Below, one piece after another: positions 23,623 to 37,200 of a stretch of DNA of 64,000 nucleotides (positions are counted from its first letter, which is position 1; the number at the start of each line of letters is the position of its first letter). The stretch comes from Chlorokybus atmophyticus (lineage: Eukaryota > Plantae > Mesostigma and Chlorokybus algae), in assembly GCA_009103225.1 (NCBI GenBank), contig RHPI01002699.1, forward strand, positions 348,578 to 412,577, in the 5' to 3' direction. Made by a program: the position numbers and the translations under genes. A model generated the notes under the pieces. It saw nothing but the letters and a program-made list of their open reading frames with translations. It did not search any database and was not told where the DNA came from.

Positions 23623-25860
23623 ATTGAATCACACGTCCCTGCGCTCCGCATGTGGTTGATTGTTGAGTCGTGCCAAGCCTGCTACTGCATACTCCCACCA
23701 GTGTTGAGGGTCTAGCTAGCCGCAAGGTCTAACTTTACTAGTCTCAACGCTGATAGCTCGGTCTTGCCCCCCGCCTAATCTACCTTGTGTTTGCTTGTTT
23801 TGTTGCTGGTGTCCGCGCGTGTGTGCGAGCATCTGCACTTCTGCCCCCTTTTTTTCAGCTTGAGCATGCTTGTAAAGCAGCTCTTATATGAGTTACGTAC
23901 CAACTTGCATTAACAGGGTGGTAGAATTAGTAAAAAACAGTTGCTTGGCCCGGTGGTCTCATATGATATTACCTTGGAAGCAGCAGTTCAGATTGTGAAG
24001 CATTCAAACCCGGCAGCCCCACATATTGCATGCAGCAAGCTTATTGGTTGGTATTAGCGCAAACAATACAACCAACATGTAAATAAGCAAGAATAATTCG
24101 AGGGCCAGGGCAGAGGTAAGCGACAAACATTATTGATATTAGCAATGACGAGCACAAATGTACATTGCCTCCATGGCTGCACATGTCACGCCCAAAAAGC
24201 TAGTGAAAGTCACTCTCATATTTCTTACTTATGTGGTAAGCCAGAAGAACTAAGTGAGGATTCCGTATCGTCAAGTTGTGTGATACTTGGCATATGTGCT
24301 CAGAAAGTCAGTTCTTGTGGACTTAGTGTGCAAGGGCATTGAAGCTACACATAGTCACTGTCCACAAGCAAGCAAAGGGCTGGTCGGTGTCATATGTCCA
24401 CATGTATATGCATGGAGTTGCATATGCATGCATGTGTCCGCATATGTGCGGATATGAGAGATGTATGCATGTGTATGGGCTTTCCAATAGTGTATGCATA
24501 TGTATGAGGTCCTAGACTAATGTGACGTCTGTGATTAATGTGACCAGCCTGGGGCGTTCACAATGTCCGAGGCTGACGTGTGATCAGTCTTCGACGTCGA
24601 CAAGATGTTCTGACTGATGTGGCAGCTCCTACGCATGAATTGTCGTCAACACATCCATGACAAGGCAAGTTGCCTTGGAGATGGTTGTTCGAGGTCGGAG
24701 CAGCAAAGAGGGGTAATATATACATTAACAGCCTCAACAAATGTTGAGGCAGCTCAGCATGTGCATACTCGACTCTTGTGCGTGGGGTGCCTAGTTCAGT
24801 TGGTGAAGGGGCTCGCCATCTCACCCAAGTAGGGTGTAGTGTCCGTGGTAGACTTGCACGAGTGTGGGGTGTGCTTGGGTGGGTGTGAGCTGAGTGGAGG
24901 GTTTGCCATCCATTTCCTCCATCCCATTGCGGTGGTGGTCATTCCTTCATCGGGGTATGTTGTGAAGAAGTTCTTGTGCGTGTGCACAAGTTTGTGACAT
25001 ACACGACCAGGTGAGTGTGTGTCCCACGTTACAACACAGCCGCTCACACAACATCAGCGCTGCAGTGCTACACTATGCAAACAGCTTGAGCACCGCCCGC
25101 CAGCACCATGTCCGCATCCTCCGTAGGTCGTGTCGCCTGCAATGGGCTCCAGCCTGGTGCAACCGCCACCGCCGTTGCGCCCCTCTCAAGCAACGCCATG
25201 CCCTGTGCTTGCTGAGGGCGCAGACCACGCCTGGCCTGAACAAGGCCACGCACCCGCCCAGACGTGCCAGTGGCAGGCCGCGCCTCCACACTGCTAGATG
25301 AGTGCATCTGTTGAACATGGCGTTGAAAGGTACACCGAGCATGCCAAATGTTTCCACCACCGGTAAGACAAGTTGCTGAAACCCAAGTAGCAATGGTAGG
25401 CCATAGCAAGCATCAAGTAGATAACCTCTGAAGCATAGACGTGCGCAGGTTGGCCACCTCCCATGAGACATGCGCGACGGCGATGACGTCATTGACATGA
25501 CACCTTGACATATGAACCAATAATGTAACGCATCTCGACCTTGCCTGTCACAATACAAGCTTATCATTATCATGGCTTCAATGCATTCACTCTTGTACAC
25601 AAGTATGGGCACATCAGTAGCTCATTGACAGCCACACTTCTGCACCTTAAGCACAAGCAAAATAGCACATCTACCGGCACATTTACCGCCTGCGCGTCCC
25701 ACAATGGGAGTCCCAATGCAAGCACCAACGAAACTGACTTGAAGTAACTGCATTGATGTAAGACCATCGCACACGCATGCGCTACTGATTGCACTTGCTA
25801 GCCCAGCAGCAAAGCGCACAATACTTCCTGAACAAATCATGAAAAGCAAGGCGCACACAA

Positions 25861-28800
25861 TCAATCCTCTCGCTCCTCGTCATCATCCTGGTCATCTTCA
25901 TCATCTTCATCTGTATCTTCAGCAGTCCAGCCACGCCCGTACACATCAGGCCCGGGTCGACGGACGGGGCTGCGCGCGTGTGATGACCCTTCGCGCCTGT
26001 GCTCCCACCGCATGAGCATGCCATCCCATGATATGCATGCCATCAGCGGCAGCGTGGGATGCCAGCTGCAGTCGCGAACTGCGGCTCGATGGAACTCCAA
26101 CTTCTTCACAATGAGACCGGTAATCTGCTCATCACAGACGCTCATGTCAATATGACTTGCGCGCATTAAAGGCAGACAGGGAGCTTATCAGTATGAGCCT
26201 TGCACAAGTGCAAAGACTGCCTACACCATACTCAGATGCAGAGCGCCAGTATGCTGTAGTGCTATGGACATTTGCAGTGCTGCAAAAACACCCGGTAAAC
26301 TACCCGGCAAACACAGATGCAGCTCCAGGTTGTGAACATAACCACCCATACACACGCACAGCTACTGCACAATTTCACAAAAACCTTGTTCTAAGGAATT
26401 CAGACACATTACTTACCACGTCATATATGTACACTGAGCCGTCATGCGAGCCGCTGTAGATGTAGCGCTGTCCAGTGCTGTGGCAAACCCATGGTAAAGA
26501 ATGTATTTGAACAAGGTGATGCAACCATAGACCGGAGCGCGTCATACACAATGAGCCACGTACGTGTATGCAGGAGAGAAGTAGCAGCGAATGAGTGTCT
26601 GAAGAACTTTATGACCACGATAAGTCATAATGGATTGATCGTGGTCGTGACGCAAGTCAAGGCCAGTTGCTGGGTAGTCCATCCACCTGTAGTCCCACTT
26701 AAGCAGCACACCTCTTGATGGGGGAAGCCTGAAGACACACAGAGGTAAGCACTTGAATGACTACATTGCAAAGAGGCAGTATAACTGACATCTCGTGCCA
26801 GAGAATGGAATCAGCCAGATGGTGGTGCTTGTATTCAAAGCAACGCACTTGTCAAAAGCATCCGATGATAGCATCTTGCGAATGTCCCAAAGCTTGATGG
26901 TCTGGTCTTTTGCGTTGCTGATGAGGTACCGGGAGTCGCCCTTGGAATCAATAAATGTGATGCCCTCAATATGACCGGGCAGAACGCCCGCTGGCTTGCC
27001 TGAGCGCTCCAAACACCTTCGATCCCAGACCTAAACATCACATTGCATCAGAATGCATAGTCTTGCGAGCCCACTTACAAAACTACAGGCACCTTGATGA
27101 GCCGATCGTCACTGCCGGAGTACAAGAGGCTTGAACGCTCATCCGCGAAAGCTACAGCATTTACATCATCCTGCCAAACACACAACACTATGCTCAAACG
27201 ACTGCCTCCCGCTGAGACTGGCAACACATGCATTCTTGGTGATGCAACACAGAGCTGGCTTCTCAAGACATGAACACACAGTGCTAGCAGGGTCTTACCT
27301 CATGAGCTACAACGCGCAAGATGGGCTTGTTGCGTTCAATGTCATACACATAGATAGCATGATCACTTGAGCCCGCCACAATCTCCCTGCCATCGCGTGA
27401 AAACTGCAAACTCCACAGACCAAAGTTGTGGCGGGAGAAGTGACCGCCAGAATCAAAGCGAAGTTGCTCGTGCGAGTCCTGCATTGCGAACAGTCTCATT
27501 TTTTTGCTTCCTGCCACTGTGGTGAGCCACCAACGTTAAAGCTAGCTTATGCAGCTTACGGCACATAAACTGCGCATGCCCAACGTTGTGTTGGTCAATT
27601 AAGTGTAACCTTACTGTGATGTTTGTCACGGATCCATCGCTGTTGTTGTCACCGATATTCACCATATACACAGATGGCATGATGGATGAGAACACCTGCT
27701 CGTCAAACGAGCATGAGCTGCAGCCTGTGACGCGACATTGAAAGATGGCAATAGCAATAACAGCCACAGCGCAGAACAATCACCAGAAACCTCTGATCCG
27801 GTGATATTGCAGTGTCCGTAACAGTCCATCGCAGATTTCTTGCAACTATGTCTTTCCGCAACTTCCACGAATTGTAGACGTCATACAACCTTATCCTGCG
27901 ATCCTGTTGAGAGGCAAGGGTGAACAAAGGAGCTGCTGTGAATGGGAAAGCGCACAACAAAGCAACATACGCGCAACATGCACCTGGAAACCTCCCACAA
28001 ACAAGGAGCCGTCGGCTGAGAACTGCCCGATGTACCCGCGGCTGTTCATGGAGTCCACCTCATATGGTCCTGTCGTTGGGAAGTAGCGCTGTGCTGCATG
28101 CCGCTTCTGCATTGGCCAAAAGGAGAAGTTGTGGTTTGGGAGACATGTGGTATTTTGCAACAGGCATTGTGTAAACCTGAGCAACGCTGAACGCTCCCGC
28201 ACTCTCTCTGTTCTGCAACATGTGATGCACATTGACCATGGAGCTTGCGAGCCCGCGCGCGGTGCGGCTACTGGCAACTCCAAGCAAGATTTCATGTGCC
28301 AATGGATGAGACATGGGCTCTGGTGTCGCTGGTAAAGGTGGCGGCCTATCTGCGCCTGAACAACAGGCAACAATCAATAACCTCAGCACCTGGCGTTAGT
28401 GTGGAACTTCATCAGCGCAACACTTGCCACTGCATGCCTTGATAGGCATACCGTTAAGGAGGTTCAACACTCCAATGCCTTCCCCATTGTCGTCTTCAGT
28501 GCCATCATCATCGGTTGCCTCCTCCTCCTCATCGTCCTCTTCATACGAGATGTCGTCATCGTCATCTTCATCATCGTCCTCGCCACCTTCGCTATCAGAA
28601 ACCCCAACCGCAGCACAACTGCGTTGGTAAATAACCTCCAAGACCATGTCTTCATCGTCCACCTCATCGTCGTCCTCCTCCTCCTCCTGCTCGTCTCCCT
28701 CATCTTCATCGTCACTATCCTCATCTTTCTCAACATCAGGCAATCGCACACGCACTGGCCCTGAGACTGTCTGTTGAGCGCAGCAACCATGAGCAACGCC

Positions 28801-29487
28801 AGCGCAAGTGACTCTAATGCAGTTGGTGTTGCTGTCATAGGGCAGCGAGCAAAGATCTTCGCAACCCAAGAAACTGCAAATGCAGTGCTCTGTTCCCTAA
28901 ACCTAGCTTGCTCAGTGTCAAGGCAGATCAAGAACATAACTGAACTGCCATTGCACGCTGCATGGAGTCACTAACCACAGCAAGTCATCACACGGTACTG
29001 CTCAAAACTCGAGAGCTTGTGCTACTGCATGCCAGTCGATCAGCTGTTACCAGCACACAGCATGACTGTGTGGGAGCATGGCAAGCTGTCGGAGCACACG
29101 CCGTGTGCTCCGACAGCTGAATACCATGTACTGCTGCCCTGCTGTCTCACTGCGACTGCCTGACCTCAGCGTCTGCTGGCTCAAAGCTATGCAGCAACTC
29201 AACCAGTCAACGACATGCAAGACTAAGCCGCTGCTTACCAACATAATGACTCTGCAGCATACCACACCAGCAGCTGAAACCACTGTCGCGCATACAACCG
29301 TTCATGACAAGAAAGCTGAGGAGCGGCTGCAGCTTGACGTAAGCAACCTTCAAGCAAGCAAGCAAGTAGGCAGAGCTCAGCTCATGGGGTCAGGCTTGCG
29401 ACTTACATCCATGTTCTCTGCTTCTGCGTCTGTGCTGCGAGCGCTATGCTCGGCGGGATCCACCTTCAGCTTGTCGTCGTCTGCCAT
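25861..29487 (-). CDS. LEC14B: LEC14B / DCAF11 (WDR23)-like WD40 protein, multi-exon
   Basis: Motifs RYFPTTGPYEVDSMNSRGYIGQFSADGSLFVGGFQ, LRWTVTDTAISPDQRFL, DDVNAVAFAD...SGSDD, GHIEGITFIDSKGDSRYLISNAKDQTIKLWDIRKM, WDYRWMDYP...TYRGHKVLQTLIRCYFSP and VRDCSWHP. Confidence 0.93.
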
Positions 29488-30031
29488 GACGTCAGCGACC
29501 CTCTACCGGACACAGCCGCCACCGGCCTAGCCGCCGACACCAACAACAATCTCACTTCTACTGCCGCTGACAAGCTCAACCCTGTTCCTGGAGAACACCA
29601 CTTCACCTCCGAGAGCTTAGACGGATATCTGCTGGCAAACTGTTATATCAAACACATCAAGCTCCGGAGACCAATACCAATATTCCAGTACTACTGGAGT
29701 AATGTTGTGTCGAGCGACGAGTATTGTTGTGTCGCTCGACACAACATTCGGGGTATGGCGCGGCAACTGGCAGCGACGCACAGGATGAGTTGTAGTCTCA
29801 CACAGGCGGCCTGTGGCAAAGGTGCGGCAACGTGGAGACGCGTGCAGCGCCAGCACGGGTGATCCTGAACCCGGCCCGAACGCTGCCGCGCCCAAGGTGG
29901 AGCGAGATTGAGACTCAGTTAGACGACTGGAAAGTTGTCAGAGTGCAGTTTGTAAGGGAGACAGCGCTTCACGCAGGTTCAATGACCGCGAAGGTTTAAC
30001 CAAGCTAGCGATATTGGTCGAACCTGCCGCC

Positions 30032-30039
30032 AAACCCTA
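30032..30039 (+). promoter_or_regulatory. Telo-box AAACCCTA upstream of the pfkB gene
   Basis: Exact motif ~150 bp before the ATG, in a GC-rich leader. Confidence 0.6.
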
Positions 30040-30184
30040 GCGGCGCAGCGTGCGGCGTCGGCGTCGGCGGCGTCGGCGGCAGGAGGAACAGGGTTGGGCA
30101 GGAGGAGTCCGGCCGACGTCGTCATCGTCGTCGGCTCGGTTGTCCTCCTTGCTCTCCCCGCCTGCTTGCTGGTGTTGAACGAAG

Positions 30185-32329
30185 ATGGCCGCCGCCGCCG
30201 TAGCGAGCTTGTCGTCGTCGGTGGCATGGCAGCCGGCGCTGGCGTCGGATGGTGCATTGCATTTGCGGAAGCCGTCGAGTAAGCGATCTGATGTGGTGAT
30301 TGTCCGGCCCGACTCAGCACTACGGCTCAAGAGGAGCCGCAAGGCGCATGCTGGCCAGCGTCAGCTGTGCTCGTGCTCGCTGCAGCAGCCTGCTGAGCGT
30401 GGAGCGCTCAATTCGCAGCTTGAGGCTCTTGCGCAGAATGACGATGCGTTTGACCGTCCCTGGGACGTGCTTGGGCTTGGTCAGGCCATGGTAAGCTACA
30501 CGTCTCCGCAATTTACTTGCAGTGGTCAATCTATGGTAATTGGTGTGCATGAGCGTGTCCGCATCGTTGGAACGCAAATTCTTGCCCAAAGCATGATGCA
30601 ATTCGCAAGGCTGATGGAAACCAGACTTGTGGCAATGTTGTCAGGTTGTCTTGAGAGTGTTTATAGGTGGTTTGGGAGTGTTTAGGTTGGATTACAAATG
30701 GACTACGTGCACAGTGTTGTTCTGTGCTACTGCCGCAGTTCTCAGCTGGTTTCGCGTGGAATGCAGGTTGATTTCCAAGGAACGGTCGGTGATGAGTTGC
30801 TGGCAGAATTGGGCTTGATCAAAGGGCAGCGCCAGGTGCGTTGAGCTTCCGGCTTACTCAGGGTTGCTGTGCACTAATTATGATTGTATGTCAATTGTCT
30901 GCACAGATCGATAGCATTTTTTTTTTCTTGGCTACAGGTGGTTGATCACGAAGCAAGAGGAAGGGTACTTCAAGCGTTGGACGGCTGCAGCTACCGTGTA
31001 TCGGCTGGTGGTTCTCTTTCCAACACGCTTGTTGCTCTGGCGCGGCTAGGAGCTGTGGCTGGCGTCCGCGTTGGAATGATTGCTAGCGTTGGTAGCGATG
31101 CCCTTGGCGACTTTTACAGGTAGCAAGGGGCATATTGTGGTCCATGTCATTGACAACACAGAAATACTCAGTCAATGTAGAGTACTCATTATGCTTCATG
31201 GTTGTTGATTGCGCCGTCTCACTGCTTCTCTGTGTGCAGGGCAAAGATACGCAAGGCAGGTGTGCACTTCTTGTCCAAACCTATTGCAGGCGGCACAACT
31301 GGCACCGTGGTAGTTCTGACAACTCCTGATGCCCAGCGCACCATGCTGTCATATCAGGTAGGTGGTAGCAGTGTGGTTGGGATGATGTTCTTGCAAAATT
31401 TGTCACAAAGGTTGTACGACAGCTTGAACTGTAGCAATGCCATAGCAAGCACTACGCTGGAGTTAGTCTTGTCACTGGGCACTGATGCTTTATGCACATG
31501 CAGGGTATGTCATCTGAGTTATCCTTGGATGAACAACTTGAGACTGCCATTGCCAAATCACGGGTGCTGGCAATTGAGGGTTATCTTTGGGAGATTCCGC
31601 AAACAATCGCAGTCATTCGCCACGCCATTGCGCTGGCCAAAAAGAATAATGTTATGGTAGCCATGTGCACTTCGGATGTGTCCTGCGTAAGAGCGCACCG
31701 GGACGAGTTCTTGGAAGTAGTGACTCAAGATGCAGATATATTGTTCGCCAACGCAGATGAGGTACATTTACCGCAAGATCACAATTGAGCACATATGGCA
31801 CATGTGCTCGCAGAGCTGTTGTACAAACAGCATCACTGCATAGGCGTGTGCGCTGTCCGGTGAAAGGGAACCCTCCAGTGCAGCGGCAGTGCTGAGCCAG
31901 AAGTGCCGTATGGTTGCCGTTACAAACGGCTGTGAGGGCTCTTATCTTGGCATGGATGGCAACGTGCACGAAGTCGAGGCACAGCCCTGCCTACCTGTTG
32001 ACACATGCGGTGCTGGTGACGCTTACGCAGCAGGTAAAACCACATAGCACCTTGCAATCCACAAGTAGTCAGTTGACTTTGAGTGACTGCCACTCTTGAG
32101 CCTCCTGACTCGTAATTCAATCACAGGTGCGCTGTTTGGCTTGCTCCGCGGGGCTGACTTGCGGAGCATCGGCTCCCTTGCCTCGAATGTAGCATCCGCA
32201 GTAGTTGCAAAGGAGGGCGCGCGTTTGCCTGCAGACGAGGCCATCAGGCTCGCGACATCATTCGAGCCCGCCGCACCTGCTGGCGTGCTGCTAGAGGACA
32301 GCACACTCCTGCCCACCGCAGAGATGTAA
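30185..32329 (+). CDS. NARA5: Plastid-targeted pfkB-family carbohydrate kinase, NARA5-like; multi-exon
   Basis: Ser/Ala/Arg-rich transit-peptide-like N-terminus, then WDVLGLGQAMVDF, AGGSLSNTLVALARLG, GTTGTVVVLTTPDAQRTML, IEGYLWE, ADILFANADE and the pfkB signature VDTCGAGDAYAAG. The orthologue name is from recall, not a search. Confidence 0.88.
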
Positions 32330-34229
32330 ACACCTGCGGTGATAGTTACTGTTGTCCATGACGAGTCCAAGTAATGAGCCGTGCAGTGGTTGGCAACAGA
32401 GGAGAACATGGTTACCTGCGGCAGCCTCCCACCTCACGTACAGTGGCTGTACGATTGTCATGTGTGGTGGGTGACAGGTTGCATCCTCAGCTGCGCGTGT
32501 TAGCAGAAGTAGCCCCATATTTCAAGACAGCTTGCTGCTGCTGTGGTATGTTGCTAGGATGGTCGTGCTTTGTACAGAAAGGGCTTAGGCTGTAGAGAGT
32601 TGTCACTAGGCCAGGCTTGTGTAGCTGCATTCTTAACAACTGTTCAAAGTTGTTGATACGCCTTCTTGATATGCCTTGCCAGTGTGCCAAGTCTTGTTGA
32701 TTATGATGATGAACAGTGTGTTTTATGTCCCCTTTCGCAATGGTCTGTGTTTCTTGTTTGCTGGCATCACAGAGCAAAGGCAGTGTTTGCAAGGCAAAAA
32801 GATGCAAGTGCAAATGCAATTGGCAAAGCAAGTTGGCATGCATGCAATCTCATGTCAGATTTGGGATGGGGCCCAGACAAGTGCATCAACTACCAACAGT
32901 TCTAGACCACTATAGAGCACAACACTAGCATAGCAGCAAACTTATTTACCGACTAGTATGCAACATCGTCACACCAAGCTACGTACTGTCATCCCTGCTT
33001 ATCACTGCACAAGCATACTCACACGCATGCCAGCGGCCAGCAAGCAGGCCTTAGGGGAAGGGGCGCAAGTTTGCAAGGGGAGGAGAGGGGTAAACCACCA
33101 CCTGCGCAGCAGAGGCCTCCACATGAGTCGTTGGCGCAACCAGGACCAGAGCCAGCAGGACGACCAGGACGCTGACAACGACGACTGACTGGGCCCCCGC
33201 TGCAAGCTGGTGCAATGGCGGCTGTATACCTGTCACAACACAAGAACAAACGCCTGCAGGCGTTTCGTGAGGACAGTTTGTGCGCACACACAGTGTCAGT
33301 TAGTCACAAGCACATGGGCTAGCCAAAGCCTTTCGCACTTGACTAACTACAGCAACATCGCCATGAGTAGATGAGCTTGCTCTAGTGTAGGTGGTGTGTA
33401 TTGGGTAGGTAGCTACGCACGCTAGCATATTGTTGCATGTGCACACTGTTACATGTGTGTGTGTGGTGCTGTGATAGGCCAGTTGGACGCGCTGTATGGA
33501 CATGAATGTTCTTTCATGCGAGTATTACGCCTGCCTGGGGACTTGCTGCGGATTCTTGCCCCACATGATCATGCAAAGCTGCAATGAGCAAATAGCCATT
33601 GGGGCGATCGCTCACTGCAGCTGCGCATGTGAAATGTTTTACAGCAGACCCTCAGCCTGGACAGGTACTTCACACAACATTGAAGCAGCAGTTCAGACAC
33701 AGTTGTCATGTCAATTGCTTCATGCTGTTGAGCCTTGTCACACCATGGCTTGCACGCAGCGCGGTAGCATCACCAGTGCAATGCATTACAACAGGAGACC
33801 AACAGAAAAACAGAGGGAAAGGGAAAACCCCCCTTGAAAGAATTAGGACCAGGCTGTCTAAAAACTGCTATACAAGCGTTGCTGCTTTATGCAAAGCACT
33901 ATACAGATGGATAGCAGTTCTGGCCTGGAGCTGAATAATCACTATATTGTTTGGCGGACAGCGAAGCAACTAGGAAGAATAACGGCGCGTAACTTGGTCA
34001 GGAAAAACAACACGAAAAAAGATAGCAAAACCCACCCACCCACCCACCCACCCATCCTCCCAACACAACCTCTTCCCCCTATACACGCAAAGAAACAAAA
34101 AGCCAACTCCAAGAAGCAGCAGACACAAGAGGGGCCTCTCTCTCACTCTCTCTCTTTGTCACTCTTTTGGGTGTCATCCTTGAGCAAGACTCGTGTGTGT
34201 GTGCAGTCTTCTTCTCTCTTTGTCTCTGT

Positions 34230-37200
34230 TCACCTGTACACGCTGATGCTTGTGCCCGCGGCAACGTACATGAACTCCCCGTTCACGAGCACGCGCGGGG
34301 GTGAACCTCCTGCTCCTACTCCTACTCCCCCAACAACACTCCCGAGCTCGCTGTGCGTGATACGTCGCTCGCACGCCCACGTGCTCACGTTCCACACGGC
34401 CACGTCGCCGCCCTCGCCGCTGCTCACGAGCTTGCCATTTTTCACTTGAAGGTCCTGGAGGGTAAAAATGTTGGGTTATGTTGGGTTTCAAACAGTTGCA
34501 CACTTGGTGTGGGTGTGGGTGTGGGTGTGGGTATGTTGTCTTACTTTGATTGCGCTTGTGTGGGCGGCAAAGGAGCGCACGCAACCCCATCGGCTGCAAT
34601 CCCACACCTCCACGCCACCATCATCGTACCCGATGAGTAGCACACCGGGCTCCATGGCAGCAAGCGCCGTGACCTACACACACGCACAACAAAGTCAGTC
34701 AACCCAACACGTACACCCACAAGTCCACACACCCACACACCTGTTCGCAGTCTCCGGACATGGTGTACACGCACGCCCACTGCTTGACGTTCCACACGCG
34801 ACCCGACACGAGCCTGTCCCCGCACAGCGCGAGGGAGTGGACCGTGCGGTGGCCCTCAAGCACACGCTCGCAAGACCAATCGCTAGAACGAAACACCATA
34901 ATCCTGCCATCGAAACTGACACAGAAAGAGAGTGTGCGTGAGAATGTGCGTGTGCGTGGATATGTGTGTGTGCGTGTGTACACAGCACGCGTGTGTGGGT
35001 GCATGCCTGCGGGCACGCATGTGTGCGCGCGTATGTGCGTGTATGTGCATGCAAGCGTGTGTATGTGTATACATATGCGTGCGCGTGTGTGCGTGCGTGT
35101 GCGCGTGTATGCCCATGAGTGATACTCAATACTGATCGCAGCAATGTTGACAGTGCTCACCTTGAGGAGATGACGTGGCCGTCGTTGGTGTATGTGAGTG
35201 CTGTGACGGCGTGTCTGTGTGCGTATATGGTGCGTTCGAGTCGCCACGTGTCTGCGTTCCACACGCTGATCGTGCCGTTCATCCCGCCGCACAGCAAGCG
35301 CGGGTGCGTGTGTGTCGTCCCCGCGGGCAAAGCCAACATGCACAAGTAGTCCGTCACGACGGGTATGAGCGCGGTGCACTCCCACGTGTCGGTGCACCAC
35401 ACTTCCAACGTGCCACAATCGCGCACGCCGGGCAACCCTTTGCTCGCGGCGAGCTTGTTGTTGTTGTTGTTGTTGGGTGACCCGACTATAGCGGCGAGAG
35501 CCAAGTACACGCACACGTCGTGTTCGAACCCGAGGGCACGCTCTTTCACGCACGTGACGGGGTCGCACCCGGCGCTGCGTCGCGGCGTGATCATTGTGTG
35601 GGTATATGGCGCACATGTTGACGAGGAGAAGAGCGGGAGAGGGAGGGAGGAGGACCGCTTCACGTGGGCGTGGGTGGACTTGTGCATGTGGGCTTTGATT
35701 GTGGATGTATGTATGTTGGATTGAAGCTCCAAAGCTTCCGTGACGAGGGAGCCAAGCTTCTCCCACCCGCGCGCGGTAGAGAGGGGGAGGACTTTGTGTT
35801 GGAGGTAGGTGGCGGGCATGAGGGCGAAGCGAATGTGTGGGAAGAGAGTCTCCTCTGCCTCCGTCATGAGGTGGTGGTTTGTGTGGGTGGCGTCGGTGTT
35901 GGCGTACAACCAATGCAACACCCACTCGAAGATGAACTCCTCGGACGGAGCCAACAAGTCGTCGCTACGTAACAACTCCGCACACTGGAAGGAAACAGCA
36001 GGATCAGCACTGCAGGCACATACAGACTCGCACGCACGCGCGAGCACGCACGCACAACTGAGCACACACGCATGCACACAGACTGGTGAGGTGCGCGCAC
36101 ACTATCAAACACACGCTTGCACACGCCCACGCACGCACGCACCCACACCCACATGCACTCACGCATCCGCACTCACACCCCGCTCACCAGGTGCATCGGC
36201 AGTCCCTCCAGTTCCCCCTCGCCCATCCCCCCAAACTCCCTCTTCACAAACCGCCCCGCGCTCTCTCGCAAATCCGCCACCAGCATCGCGTCGGCCCAGG
36301 CGAGCAGCCCGCCGCAGTTGGCGTGGCAGAGGGATTCTGACAGAGAGGAGACGCAGGCGAGACGGAGGGAGAGGAGGGCCAGACGGTCCGCGGTGGAAAG
36401 GAGCTGGAGGACCTGGGCAGGGAGGAGAGAGGGTAAGGGGTGTGAGATGGGCTACTACTCTCGGCTCTCTCAATACTATGCGTGGGTATCCGTGTGCCTG
36501 TGCCTGTGCGCGTGCGCGTGCGTGCGGACAAGTCAGTGCGCGCGTTCTGTGGGTGTTTGCGTGCGTGCATGTGCATGTGCACGCGTGTGTGTGCGCGTGG
36601 GCTGTGGGTGGGTGGGTGGGCACATGTGTGTGTGTGCTTGCGTGCGGGTGTGTCCACATGCGAGTGTGGGTGGGTGCGCACGTTGTGCATGCGCGCGCGT
36701 GGACACCAACACAGCAGTGCCGCATTTGTGTGTGCATGGGAGAAAGAGAGTGAGGGCGTACCTCGTGGAGTGTGCCGGAGATGGAGCCTGTGTAGATGAA
36801 TGAAAGGGCTGCGCGCAGGGAGCGTGCGGGCACGTCGTTGAGTGTGACTTCGGGCTGGGCGGCCTCACACCACCCGCCCCGCGTGAGCATACTCACAAAC
36901 ACGCTGCTCGCCGCCGCCACCACAACACGGTGCGCGCGCACAACAACCCAACGACCGCAGTCCTCGTCCCACACACGGAAACCGATATCACACAACACCT
37001 GAGGACAAAAAGTTGGGTTACACACGCACGCACACACCCACGCACATGCACACACACAACACCAACAGCAACAGCAGCAGCAACAACAACAACAACATAC
37101 CTGGCGTTCGAACTGGTCTCTAAGGCCAGCAACAAGTTCATGCGCGAGGTGTGAGGCGGGAAGTGATACACGCAGGAGTGTGTGGGCTTGTGTCTGCGCG

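Noticed and set aside
24550-25420. Coding-like composition downstream of LEC14B, with small hairpins (e.g. GCCTCAACA/TGTTGAGGC)
   Set aside because: Could not assign a product or element. It may be UTR or a decayed repeat.
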